DNA of 64,000 nt, from positions 291,648,001-291,712,000 of the forward strand of contig OZ024742.1 of NCBI GenBank assembly GCA_964016885.1, read 5' to 3'. Position numbers and translations under genes: made by a program. This document shows, in pieces, positions 31,074 to 48,202 of the stretch (position 1 is its first letter; each line of letters opens with the position of its first letter). The notes under the pieces are model-generated. The model was given only the letters and a program-made list of their open reading frames with translations, was not told the origin of the DNA and made no database searches. This stretch comes from Eledone cirrhosa (taxonomy: Eukaryota).

Positions 31074-31104
<31 letters not shown>

Positions 31105-31119
31105 TATGTATATATACAC

Positions 31120-31182
<63 letters not shown>

Positions 31183-31195
31183 TATATATATATAT

Positions 31196-31274
<79 letters not shown>

Positions 31275-31567
31275 TATGTATATATACACATATATATATA
31301 TATATATATACACATATATATGTATATATACACATACATATATATATATATATATATACACATATATATGTATATATACATATATATACATATATATATA
31401 TATACACATATATATATATATATACATACACATATATATATATATACATACATATATATATACATATATATATATACACATATATATATATATATACATA
31501 AATATATATACACATATATATATATATACACATATATATATATATACACATATATATATATATACAC

Positions 31568-31598
<31 letters not shown>

Positions 31599-31619
31599 CA
31601 CATATATATATATATACAC

Positions 31620-31666
<47 letters not shown>

Positions 31667-31681
31667 CATATATATATATAC

Positions 31682-31728
<47 letters not shown>

Positions 31729-31933
31729 CATATACATATATATACATATATATACATATATATATATACACATACATATATATACATATATATATATACA
31801 CATACATATATATATACATATATATATATACATATATATATATACACATATATATATATACATATATATATACACATATATATATACATATATATATACA
31901 TATATATATATATACACATATATATATATACAC

Positions 31934-31966
<33 letters not shown>

Positions 31967-31977
31967 TATATATACAC

Positions 31978-32074
<97 letters not shown>

Positions 32075-32083
32075 CATATACAC

Positions 32084-32116
<33 letters not shown>

Positions 32117-32302
32117 CATATACACACATATATATATATACATATATATATATACACATATACATATATATATACATATACACACATATATATATATACA
32201 TATATATATATACACATATACACATATATATATATACATATATATATATATACACATATATATACATATATACACATATATATATATATACATATATATA
32301 TA
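30794..32302. repeat. (TA)n/(CA) microsatellite array
   Basis: Direct reading. Confidence 0.97.
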
Positions 32303-32516
32303 TCGTTTCTGAATTTGTTTAGCAAGATTCTTTATCTGAAATCGTGTGTTGAAACCGATATTGTTATACTTTGGGAGGGCCATGTTGCCAATAAGAAACA
32401 CACGCACCAGTTGCTTTCACTTCAATTTAATTTAATATATATTTATAAATTTACAAATTTATAAATTTCTGGTTGGTTGGTTGGTTCCACAACCAGATAG
32501 TTGTTTATATATATAT

Positions 32517-32561
32517 AGTCATAGTTCTTTCGTCACACACTCTGTGACCTCTTCAGTGACT
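32517..32561 (-). ncRNA. Minimal hammerhead ribozyme of PLE family 1 (copy 3)
   Basis: Reverse complement of 18172-18216. Confidence 0.8.
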
Positions 32562-34435
32562 GGGGATTTCTTTCTTCGTTTCTGTGCCTTTCCTTTCTTC
32601 TATCCTACGCCATTTTGTTTGTGTGTGGGTTGCGTGCTCAGTTTGCGCATGCGCCACATCCGGGTGTCTGTGTGTGTTTGTGTTCATTTTTCTATTTTTC
32701 TATTTATATTTGTTTGTTTATTTATTTATTTATTGTTGGTTGGTTGTTTGTTCTATGTGTGTGTGTGTTTTCATGTGTGTGTTTTCATTTTGTGTGTGTT
32801 TTCAATTGTAAGTTGTTTATATATGTGTGTGTGTGTTTTCATTTTGTCCTTAATTGTAAGTTGTGATGTTGCTGTTCCACTCATATTTTCTATTTAATTT
32901 TGGTTTTAATTCTTTTATGCTTACTGCCTCTGTAATTTGCCTAAACATTGCGTCTTTCTTGTGTGTGGATTCTATTTTTATTTCTATGCTCTCTAATTTA
33001 CCCCTGTGTTCTATCTTAGCATGTTGGTAGAGCACAGATGATTCTTTACTATCTTGGAGGTCTCGCCAGTGTTCATTTATTCGTTCCCCTATACTACGAG
33101 CTGTCTCACCTATGTACACTATATTTTTGTCTCTACATTGTCCCTCAGTACATCTTATGCTATATACTACATTTCTAGTTTTACAGTTAATATGGGGGCT
33201 TATTTTACAGGTTATACATTTCTTATCTATACATGAGGGTCTTTGGAACGGGTATGTCTTGCTAATAAGTGTTTTTACGGAGGTACCAGGTCTTTCTACT
33301 ATCTTAATATTGAGATTATGTTTCTTTAGGGCCCTTCTAAATTTGTAGGCTAGTTCACCTCTAGGGGTTGTGTTGATGAACATTACACTCTGGTATTTAT
33401 TGCTATCATACCATGCAGTTCTCTGGCTACAATCAGAGAGATAGAATCAGAGTGTATAAAGGAGCCAGAACCAAATGGGAAAAAATGGTAAATAATGACA
33501 TAAATGGGACCTGCCCCTTGTATAGGAGCAAATTTTGGAATAGAATAGAAAGAACTAAGAACAAGGCCAATAGAATAAACTCATGGTATGATAGCAATAA
33601 ATACCAGAGTGTAATGTTCATCAACACAACCCCTAGAGGTGAACTAGCCTACAAATTTAGAAGGGCCCTAAAGAAACATAATCTCAATATTAAGATAGTA
33701 GAAAGACCTGGTACCTCCGTAAAAACACTTATTAGCAAGACATACCCGTTCCAAAGACCCTCATGTATAGATAAGAAATGTATAACCTGTAAAATAAGCC
33801 CCCATATTAACTGTAAAACTAGAAATGTAGTATATAGCATAAGATGTACTGAGGGACAATGTAGAGACAAAAATATAGTGTACATAGGTGAGACAGCTCG
33901 TAGTATAGGGGAACGAATAAATGAACACTGGCGAGACCTCCAAGATAGTAAAGAATCATCTGTGCTCTACCAACATGCTAAGATAGAACACAGGGGTAAA
34001 TTAGAGAGCATAGAAATAAAAATAGAATCCACACACAAGAAAGACGCAATGTTTAGGCAAATTACAGAGGCAGTAAGCATAAAAGAATTAAAACCAAAAT
34101 TAAATAGAAAATATGAGTGGAACAGCAACATCACAACTTACAATTAAGGACAAAATGAAAACACACACACACATATATAAACAACTTACAATTGAAAACA
34201 CACACAAAATGAAAACACACACATGAAAACACACACACACATAGAACAAACAACCAACCAACAATAAATAAATAAATAAACAAACAAATATAAATAGAAA
34301 AATAGAAAAATGAACACAAACACACACAGACACCCGGATGTGGCGCATGCGCAAACTGAGCACGCAACCCACACACAAACAAAATGGCGTAGGATAGAAG
34401 AAAGGAAAGGCACAGAAACGAAGAAAGAAATCCCC

Positions 34436-34480
34436 AGTCACTGAAGAGGTCACAGAGTGTGTGACGAAAGAACTATGACT
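34436..34480 (+). ncRNA. Minimal hammerhead ribozyme of PLE family 1 (copy 4)
   Basis: Identical to 18172-18216. Confidence 0.8.
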
Positions 34481-34636
34481 ATATATATATAAACAACTAT
34501 CTGGTTGTGGAACCAACCAACCAACCAGAAATTTATAAATTTGTAAATTTATAAATATATATTAAATTAAATTGAAGTGAAAGCAACTGGTGCGTGTGTT
34601 TCTTATTGGCAACATGGCCCTCCCAAAGTATAACAA

Positions 34637-35252
<616 letters not shown>

Positions 35253-35715
35253 TTCGTGTCGCTATGATACTTCCTCAGTCAAAAACTGCTGGAATTTCAA
35301 ATTTGCCGGTCATTCGAGGTGAGAGAGAGCAACTTTACGGACATGATTTTTGACAGCGGTAAGAAATTGTTTTCTTATATTAATGTTTAACGGGCTTCCA
35401 CTGATGATTTATAAGTGCCCACCTAAATATATTCTTACATGAATATATATTAGGCTTCTACATAAACTGGAAACATTCTCCCAAACTTGTAGAAAACTCA
35501 TAATGAAACAATTGTTTGGAAAGAGAGATATACTTTAACTTTAATTATATCTCATAAAATAATACAACTGGTTTTTCCACATTATACATATTGTTAGCAC
35601 CCCAAACACTTAAATTGGGTTTATATTTTAATATAACCTAATGTTTGTTGAGTGAGATGGTTACCAGTCAGAGTTTAGCTTTAAACTATCTCTTATGGTA
35701 TTAAATATATACATA

Positions 35716-35746
<31 letters not shown>

Positions 35747-35748
35747 GT

Positions 35749-35931
<183 letters not shown>

Positions 35932-35932
35932 C

Positions 35933-36078
<146 letters not shown>

Positions 36079-36092
36079 ATATATATATATAT

Positions 36093-36692
36093 GTCAGGTC
36101 ACCAGTTGGTGCTACTGGTAACATGTATCCCAGTACAACCTGTCTCATGGTCGGGTCGTTGGCGACTAAACTGGCAACCCCACCAAGGTTTCTTGGTGAG
36201 GAGGGTGACTTTGGACATCCTGCAGGACTAAAAACAAAACCTGTCAAAGGGCAAAGGAGCTCTTAAGAGTCAATGGCCATCCAAAATCACCGGGAGAGAT
36301 GACCCCTTAGCCTTTGTCAAGGCAGAATTCTAGGAGAAGGAAAACTCTGATATAACACCTGCAACCCTGATGGTATCCAATGATGTTGACTTGTTCTTCT
36401 TTTTGGTAAATATCATCTTGGTTAAGAGAGTGGGACTGGCTTTGTGCAGTGCCTTTGCTCACTATAAAAGCTTCACGGCACAGGCATTGCTTTATATCTG
36501 GAGATCTCTCTGCACTTGTCCTCACATGGGCCCAGCACTATGTGTCAATGGTTGTCACAGGTGTAGTGTTTGTACCAGAGGTTTCAAGTCGCTGGCTGGA
36601 CTAAAAAGTCACACTCGTTCAGCGCTTCGGTAGGGGTTATCCTACATGGATGTAAAGTAGTGGCCGTACTCGAAAACGAGTTGGCAGCCACC
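36093..36692 (+). mobile_element. Short internally deleted RTE/BovB-like element
   Basis: Structured 5'-UTR-like part (contains CTAGGAGAAGGAAAACTCTGA) joined to a terminal zinc-finger-like frame [20 protein letters not shown] and the 3' hairpin ACTCG-AAAA-CGAGT; TA arrays on both sides. Confidence 0.6.
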
Positions 36693-39928
<3,236 letters not shown>

Positions 39929-40148
39929 TCCAGTTTACTCAGCTGTAGAAATGAGATGATAGGGACTGGGGTCCCTATCATTCCACTGCAAAGTGGTTGT
40001 GGAGGTGCCACGGCAAAAAAGCACCCAGCACTCACTGTAAATGAGGTTGGTGTTAGGAAGGGCATCCAGCTGTAGAAATCAAGCCAGAATCAGTTCCCGT
40101 CCCACCCTTGCAAGCAGGGAAAAGCGGACGTAAAATGAAATGATGATG

Positions 40149-40150
<2 letters not shown>
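39929..40150 (+). mobile_element. 5'-truncated CORE-type SINE with RTE tail
   Basis: Same family as 25235-25523; ends GGACGTAAAATGAAATGATGATGAT. Confidence 0.85.
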
Positions 40151-40186
<36 letters not shown>

Positions 40187-40188
<2 letters not shown>

Positions 40189-40934
40189 CATCATCATCAT
40201 CATCATCATCGTTTAACGTACATATTCCACGCTTGCATGGGTATGGACGGTTGTTTTCCCACTTGAGGCAAGAGTGGTTGTCTTGTTCGCATAGGACTGT
40301 CTGGCGGGTTTTCTACGGCTGGATGCCCTTCCTAACACCAACCACATTCACAGTGTGGAACTGGGAGGTTTTTACCTTGTTACCTACACGGCCACATTAC
40401 AGCGTGGACTGTGTGTTTTTCTGTCGTGACACCTACACGACCTCATTTGTTTCGGGCTGGATGTTGTGGTACCAACATAACTTTACAATGAAAGGGGTGA
40501 TGTGGATAGGGTGGGGGTAGTGGGACAGGGGGTGTATTTTGTTAGAGGTGCCTACTGACTGTAGTAGGTTTCACTTTGTACTTAGGTAAGGTGGGTCTTC
40601 TCTATTACTGAGTAGTGCCAAAGCTCTCGGTCCAGTGACATTGTCTTGGAGAGGTGTAAGTGTGCGAGGTCGGAATTTATCAAGTCGTCCCAGGTTTTTC
40701 TGGGTCTGCCTACTCCGTGGCTACTGTCTATTTTTATTGCCCTGCACCTTTTTATACAGCTGTCGTCTTTCATGCGCATCACGTGACCATACCAACGTAG
40801 CCTTCTCTCGAGTAAACAACATCCAATCCCTCTTATTTCTAATTTTTCCCTTAGCTCGCTTATGCTTTTCCGTACACGTATATTACTATTACACATCCAG
40901 CGGAGCATGCAAGCTCCGTTCCTCTCCAGTCTGC

Positions 40935-40940
<6 letters not shown>
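40187..40940 (-). mobile_element. RTE-clade LINE 3' fragment
   Basis: ORF 40582-40908 MLRWMC...RRLRWYGHVMR...GRPRKTW plus the same 3' UTR as 29258. Confidence 0.92.
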
Positions 40941-40976
<36 letters not shown>

Positions 40977-42359
40977 GTATGTATATCTATGTATATATAT
41001 GTATGTATGGAAACTGGGAAGATCACAAATCAGAGTAATACTTGATAAATGCAGAGTGAGTGTATTAGTGAAGTCGAGGGAACAGGAGCTCTGACAGTTT
41101 TGGCTAGTTATCTGAACCAATGCAGTGCATCCACTTGGCAGTAGTCTACAGAATGAAACCAGTAACAGAATAAAACCAACCTCCCACACATACTAAGTAA
41201 TAATAACTATTTGGGTCACCTAGATTAGAGAAAAAATAATTTATATCTCTTTAATAATAAACCACACCCACAGATATAACCACTTTATTGTAAATTCCTT
41301 TGTTAAATATTTTGATACAAAACATTATTTGTTAATCTCTAGTTAACACATGGAAATGTTATTATATATGTAGCTGAAGGATGGGAGTGTAGATCCAACA
41401 AAGGGACCAACTATGGAAATTAAAATCCACATAGCCGAAATGGCAACTTATCCTTTCCTTACCAAATACAATGTATTTCTAATAAAAAACATTGTATGTG
41501 GATTAATTAATGAAGAATTTAAAGAAGTTTTCTAAGATTATTCATAATTTCATTATCAACATGGTATTTGTAACATAAAATGTTTTGAAAGATTTTAATT
41601 TAAATAGGAGCTCTTTAAAATGGGTTGTTTTGTTTTATAGAATCAGTGCAACTTTTAGGCAGGATGGGATTAAAAAGGTTAACGAAGAATTTGATGGGTT
41701 TACTAAACTTATTAATTACTTCATTAGTAAAAGACTGATATTTTTTTAAAAAAGCCAGTACAAAGCAGTAGAAAAATATGAAACAAAATGAAACAATGTA
41801 ATGTTTTACCCAGTGTATTTTAGTATGATATTTCAGGGCTATCACCCTCTTTTCAGATGCGAAGCTGAAAACAGTCCAAGACATGACAAAACAACTAATG
41901 CTACAACACCATAACAACACAACTCTATTGTAAAGTTAGCAACATCACACCTAACCAATGAGAGGCCATCATTAATACCAGCTGAAGCCTCCCTAGTAGA
42001 ATAAAACACATCTTCAACCCCAGAAACAGTAAGCTCTCCACCTTCTACCATCACATACACGAACCAGTTGGAGTGCACAGCCTTCACAACCTGCCGCTCT
42101 TGTTCCTTCTCCATGGATGACATCCTTATGTAAACTTCAAATTAACTACACTACTCTATTCTTAATTACTTCATTATTAAGATGGTATTTGTAACATAAT
42201 GTAACAAATGGTTTTTATACAGAATTATGTTTAAAGGCTTTAATTTAAATACAAACTCTTTAAAATGGGTAGTTTAGTTTCAAAGAACAAGAACCAGTTT
42301 TGAATAGGCTGATATTAAAAGCATTAAAATATGAAAGCAGCAGAAGCAGCTGAACATTA

Positions 42360-42870
42360 GATAAGACTCCAAGATGCTAAAAATATCTAACAAAGTTGGA
42401 CATGTACAAATCATTCACGCAGACAATTGGGTGGTACGGGAAAAGTCAATCCTATTGACTGGTGTAGTAGCAGCAGCATCATTAACTGCTTCAAGAATAA
42501 TGGAAATGTTCTAAAAAGAAGCAACTATGGAGGTATGAAATTGATGGACCAGCTTATGATATTCACAGAAAGAGTTTCAGCATGACTGATAAGGAAGAAA
42601 ATTAGTTAAGATGAGATACACTATGGATTTATGTCAAGATGGGAGTCCACTAATGATCTCTTCCTAGTGAGATGACTACAGAAATTGAGACAGAATGATT
42701 ATGGCAGAGTTCCATGATCTGGAGTGTGGTCGTTGCTAAAAAATAAAAATGGGTGTAAATGAAGGACAAGGAGAATTTAGCAATAAATTCAGTGAGGGAT
42801 TTAGTATGCAGGTTGGTGTCTATCAGGGCTCAGTTCTCTGTTTATTACAGTTCTCCAGGCTACAACAAAG
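42360..42870 (+). pseudogene. Decayed RTE reverse transcriptase fragments
   Basis: YGFMS...DLFLVR*LQK and VGVYQGSVL remnants. Confidence 0.55.
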
Positions 42871-42874
42871 AAGT

Positions 42875-43136
42875 TTAACCCATTTGATACTAAACTACCT
42901 GAAACCATCCTTGGTTCTACGATACAAAACTGTTTATTTTAAAGTGTTTGTGTTTATCTAAAAAAACCCATCCATTATAACTTTACATAAGAAGCTTTGT
43001 TACATTTCAAACATCATTTTTTTAATAATTAAAAAGTTATATCACTATATCCCTCCAAATTCTTGATTAATTTCAAAATTATTTGAACATGATAGGCAGT
43101 ATTTTTTTATCAGAAATATGGTAACAAAGGGGCTAA
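42875..43136 (+). mobile_element. TTAA-CCC (piggyBac-type) MITE; decayed relatives near 41600, 43573-43970, 50288, 51460-51835, 53270-53720, 54500, 59400 and 62230-62480
   Basis: Starts TTAACCCATTTGATAC and ends GGTAACAAAGGGGCTAA; the internal CATCATAATTTTATGTAAGAA...AAACACC motif recurs across the window. Confidence 0.55.
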
Positions 43137-43967
43137 TACTAGCTGTCTATGGGATTTTCTGTATGCTGTGGAAGACACTTACCTAAGGTACCTCAGATTA
43201 TGACTGAATACAAAGCCATGTGGTTGCAAAACAAACTTTTTAACTACACAGCCATGCCAGCACCTATTTATATATATTTCCACATATATATACACAAACA
43301 GGCATAAGTACAGTGACTAGAAGGCTATTAACTTGGCCTTTTGTTATTGCAATACATAATGTGTTCATTAACAATGAAAGCAATATAACTATGATAATTA
43401 TTCTGAATGAGTCAATATTTTATGAAAATAATGATAACAAAAATAAAGTGGAATAATTCAACATTTAATGGAAATAAAATAACAGAAGATAGTGAATACT
43501 TTAATCTATCATCATCTGCAACATTAACTACTACTGCTACTACTTAATGATTTGCAGTTATGGAAGTACATTTTAACCCTTGGTATCAACCCACCAAAAA
43601 CTGTCCCTGGTTCTATGATACAAATCCCATTTTAGCTATATTGATACTAAACTACTTATAACTGCCTCTGGCTCTATGACGTAAATCTGCCTGTCGATGA
43701 TGATGATGATAATGACACTAATGATGATGATGGTGGTGGCAGTTTATTTCACTAGAAATATAGTAACAAAAGAGTTAAAGTGTTTATATTAAAACCTTCC
43801 ATCATAACTTTATGTAAGAACCTTTTTGTCAATTTTCTAACTGAATAATTAAAAATCAGCTTAACGATAAAAAAAACTAGTTTACTAAATTCATTAAAAT
43901 TCATGTTTCATTCAAAAATTAATTCAACCATAAGCAATATATTTTTTGGAAATATGGTAATAAAAGG

Positions 43968-44007
<40 letters not shown>

Positions 44008-44328
44008 ATAGGTATTGCTTAATGTCTATTCTTATACAGAAACTGCGTAATTTGACGGCAGCAGCTTGAAAAATTCTATCTCCTGAGTTAGGGGTTGGAA
44101 TATATGGATGATGTCTGAGGTAGGGATTATGGGGGATGTTTTAGTTCTAATATAGACATTTAGTTCATGATCGGCTTGGTTTTTACAAATGTAAATTTTA
44201 TGAGTTTGGAATCCACTAGATGCTTTGTTTTTTTAATGCATTATTTACATATAAGGCATTCAATGATTGCTTGCGTTCTAGGTGTCTGAGTTCGGATTTA
44301 CTATTTTGACGGTCCTACTTGGTTGTTA

Positions 44329-44362
<34 letters not shown>

Positions 44363-44468
44363 GTCCAAACAAGCAAGTTGGACCATCAAAATCGCAAATC
44401 TGAACTCAAACATTCGAATCTAGCTGTCAAAAAAATAGCCAGAGCTCAACCGTTGGGGTCCTGAATAT

Positions 44469-44501
<33 letters not shown>

Positions 44502-44577
44502 CTATATTATATTTAGGATAGTTATTGATGGTGAATAGATTGGTTGGAGCAATCTTGTTTATATATTGCTGATTCGT

Positions 44578-44872
44578 TGATTAACGTCTATCTTCCACGC
44601 TAGCATGGGTTAGACGGGTTCGTCCCATTTAGAGGCAAGTTGGGTTCGGTGACCATGTCTTGCTCATATCGGAGAATTTCTGGCTGGTTTTCTACGGCTG
44701 GATGCCCTTCCTAACACCAACCACATTGATAGTGTGTGTTGGGTGCTTTTTGCTGTGTCTTTTACACGTCCTCTTTACAGTGTGGGACTGGTTTCCTATG
44801 GCTGGATGCCCTTCCCAATGCCAACCACATTTACAGTGTGTGCTGGGTACTTTTTGTCGTGACACCTACATG
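44578..44872 (-). mobile_element. SINE/RTE 3'-tail fragment with internal duplication
   Basis: AACGTC...TTCCACGCTAGCATGGG and two GGCTGGATGCCCTTCC blocks. Confidence 0.75.
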
Positions 44873-45304
44873 ATTATATATATATACACATATATATATG
44901 AATTAGATTTGTAAAATAAAGGAAAACTGAATAAGATTATTTTCAAAAACAATCATCATTATTATTAATTTTATTAGTCTTATTTACATTGCATTACTGT
45001 GTGCCTTGGGTATGTGCAGTGTTGTTTTTGGTGCTGTTTCTATTGTATTAAGAGTACTACTAGTAGTGCTATTTTCTATATGTTGCATATATTTGGAAGT
45101 CCTAGACTTTCAATTGTGCACCTGTCTGTGTGTCATTTTTTTCATTCCCTGAGTACCTAATACTATAGCAATTATTTCTGTTTTCATCATCCATATTTGG
45201 GTTATATCTATATCCAGATCATTGAGAGATATACTGTCATTAGTTAGATAGCATTTCTTTTCTTTCATGTTTGCTTAATTTTATTTTATTCTGCTTACTT
45301 TATA

Positions 45305-45465
45305 TCAGGCTGCATATAGCTCACAGGTGTCAAGCATATGGCTTACAGGCTGCATGTGGCTCACAGGTGTCAAACACATGACCTACAGATATCTTAAACT
45401 CATGGCCTGCAGACTGCATGTGGCCCACAGGTGTCTCAAACACATGGCCTGTGGGCTGCAGTTCA
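45305..45465. repeat. Short degenerate tandem repeat
   Basis: Recurring CAGGCTGCATGTGGCTCACAGGTGTCAAACACATG variants. Confidence 0.7.
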
Positions 45466-45875
45466 CAAACTACTTTTTTATGGCCTACAGCAGAACAATT
45501 TTTGTGAATAATATTCTCCTAAAACTTTGTAATTTGTCCTGGTTTTAATATTTATAGTACAATTTATAGCAAGTTACCCATCAAATATAATAAAATGGAA
45601 AAAAGACAGAATTTATCAATAAATTCCATGAAAACGGAAAAAAAGGGGAATTTATCAAATGTAAAAACAGAATTAATGAAAATTTGTCCCCTAAATGTTT
45701 TACTAATTCACATATCCCACTTACCATCATATGCATATTATAATTTTGGAATTCTAACATTTTCAAATTTCATATCACCCACCATTTTGATAATTCATAA
45801 GATTTATTTACTTCCGGCTCTAGCTGCAAGCTGCCGAGTATATCACCTTAATTTAAACAGAATGGGTAATTAGCT

Positions 45876-45955
45876 GTCCCTTAGTGTAATGGTTAAAGTG
45901 CTCACTCTCTGTTCAAGATATATGGAGTTCAATTCTCTGTCGAGGCTACTGGCCA
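45876..45955 (+). mobile_element. tRNA-derived SINE head (degenerate)
   Basis: A-box-like TAGTGTAATGG and B-box-like GAGTTCAATTC; no intact cloverleaf. Confidence 0.5.
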
Positions 45956-46862
45956 CTTTTTTCCTCTATAGGGGCATTTTACAAAATGTTCTAAACTATT
46001 ATTTATAGTGATAGACTGTGGTTAGTTATTTTCTGCATTTGGGATGCAATCTCAATATCAACCCAATCCCTCCAGCAAGTTTACACCCTCCTATGTTCAG
46101 GGAGATGACATCTCAATCCAGCAACTGATTTAAAAGGTCTTAAGCATAAGTAACAGATTTATACTAGTGTATGTACTGGGTTTATTGGATCAGGATGTGG
46201 AATTTCATGTTGATGAACCTTCATACAGTGTTTTAACCCGGAGGTTGTCTCACATATCTTGCTATAAATTTGACAAGTAGTCACATCTGGAGGAAGATTT
46301 GCAACATAATCCGCCTGTGTCAATTGTCTATTCATGAGTTTTCAAATGGTTTACAAAACTGGCTTTAGAGAGAACATGCTGACAGAAATTGCAATTCCAA
46401 TAATCAACATTTTCAAAGCCCTACCAACTCACCCTTTTTGGAGCCCATTTTAGTTCAACTTTTGCTTTTCTCGTTTCATCCAATAATTGACACTGATTTA
46501 ATTGTCTTCATGTTTTACAATCAAGAATTTGCTTTTTCCCATTGATCTATATCTAAACAGACATTTTACATTTTCCTTATTACAATCTTTGTACTCTTTC
46601 TTAAGCCTATGCAATGTGTTTTTTGCTTTGCACAAGATCACCATGAAAAATTTCCTTTGGAAGCTTTGCATCATTCAAAACACTCTACCCAGCACATCTG
46701 ACTCTTAATGACAAGGGAACTGATTATAGAGCACCCTGATCTTTGTAAAACGTCAGTATCAGATATCACGCTTCTCTAATACCTAGGATCTACCAAAGGC
46801 ACTTTTATTGGAATGTTTCAAGTATCTTGAAATGCTACTGGTGAGTGGTCCATGCTTCACAA

Positions 46863-47220
46863 TCTATATACTACTAAAACTCTGTGATTGTGTCTTCTCT
46901 GTAATTTAATACAGCTAAAACTGCACATAATGAGAAAATACTTTGAAAGGAAGTTGCCCCTGAAATGGGAATACAAATGGAATAAAATAAGTTTTGTGTA
47001 AATTGGAGCACGGGTTTCTGAGATACAGGGTTTTCTAGGTACCTTCATAAATAGAGAGAGAGAAAGATAGAGAGAAAGAGATAGTGGTTGTGAGAGAGCT
47101 GATTGACAGAGAAGCATGTCTGTGTATATTTTAATTATTGAAAAATTATTTTTAAGTGAACATGATTTTTTTAAAAATATTTTTAAGTGAACGTAACCCA
47201 ATGGGTCACAGGTGGTCTAG
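46863..47220 (+). mobile_element. Non-autonomous Helitron-like element
   Basis: Begins A|TCTATATACTACTAAAA and ends in a degenerate hairpin plus CTAG|T, i.e. TC...CTAG inserted in an AT dinucleotide. Confidence 0.55.
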
Positions 47221-47264
47221 TTATACAATAAAACTATAAGCACACATGCCTGCACACATATTTT

Positions 47265-47520
47265 TGTTCTCAATGTTATACGGCTGGCTGACCATACCCT
47301 TTTCACTCATTTCCCCAAAGCAGTACCTGCCTTCTGTACTTGAAGATGTATTTCTACATTTAAATCCCTTCCTCTTATAGTACTACCTAGATTCACAAAA
47401 ACATCCACCACTGCCAAACTAGTCCTATTCTCATATACATTTGGCACAACATATGATTCTCCAGGTACTGGAGTGTACATCACTTTGGTCTTAAGCTTAC
47501 AATGTGCCCCAAAAGAACAC
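47265..47520 (-). pseudogene. RTE/BovB-like ORF2 fragment
   Basis: KTKVMY...VVDVFVNLGSTI...DLNVEIHLQVQKAGTALGK. Confidence 0.65.
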
Positions 47521-47632
47521 AATTCAGAATATACATATATATATCATCATCATCATCATTTTAACATCCGTTTCCTCTGCTAGCAAGGGTTTTATTTATA
47601 TATATAATACACACACACACATATATATATAT

Positions 47633-48030
47633 AAGATATGTGACGGGTGGAGAGAAATGAAGCAAGTATGCTCCGTTGGATGTGCAATGTCAATTTGCGT
47701 GAAGCATAGATGAGTTGAGAAAGAAACTGGGTATAAGAAGGATAAGTTGTGGTGTGCAGGAGAGAAGGCTGAGATGGTATGGACATGTGATGTGCATGGA
47801 GGATGATCACTGGGTGAAGAAGTTCCAGGAAGTCCCAGTGGAGGGAAGGAGCAGTAGAGGTAGACCACGAAAAGCATGGGCGGAGGCGGTGAGAGCAGAC
47901 CTCAGATCGCTGAAACTCACCGAGGAGATGACGAAGGACCATGACAAGTGGAGAGATGCTGTGCTGAATAGGACCCGTCCAACCCTTGCAAGTAGGGAAA
48001 AGCGGACGTAAAATGATGATGATGATGATA
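47633..48030 (+). mobile_element. RTE LINE 3' end (second family, stop codon adjacent to the (GAT)n tail)
   Basis: RRLRWYGHVM...GRPRKAW...TRPTLASREKRT* followed directly by (GAT)n. Confidence 0.88.
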
Positions 48031-48202
48031 ATAAATATATATTTATATATATAATTCAGAGGCTGGCAAGCAATGTGGCAGCGTGCTACATCGTCAGTCT
48101 CTCGATCAAAAGCATAGCACACACTTTTTCCTTTTTGTTTTTCTTTGCTTGTTTCCTTAAAGCTTACCATCATTCTGTTGGTATACATCTATTACACAAT
48201 TT

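Larger units (their letters stand above)
32303..34636. mobile_element. PLE family 1 inverted insertion (1055-bp arms)
   Basis: 32361-33415 is the reverse complement of 33582-34636; the plus copy begins at 33413; ORFs 32850-33383 (-) and 33413-34147 (+) encode the same GIY-YIG. Confidence 0.95.

Noticed and set aside
41374-41493. Apparent Rel-homology-like peptide SFPYQIQCISNKK
   Set aside because: Only appears in a shifted frame relative to the open AG..GT segment; similarity too short to support
48074-48100. Minus-strand CTGACGA-T-GTAGCA(CGC)TGCCAC
   Set aside because: No GAAA or stem III follows
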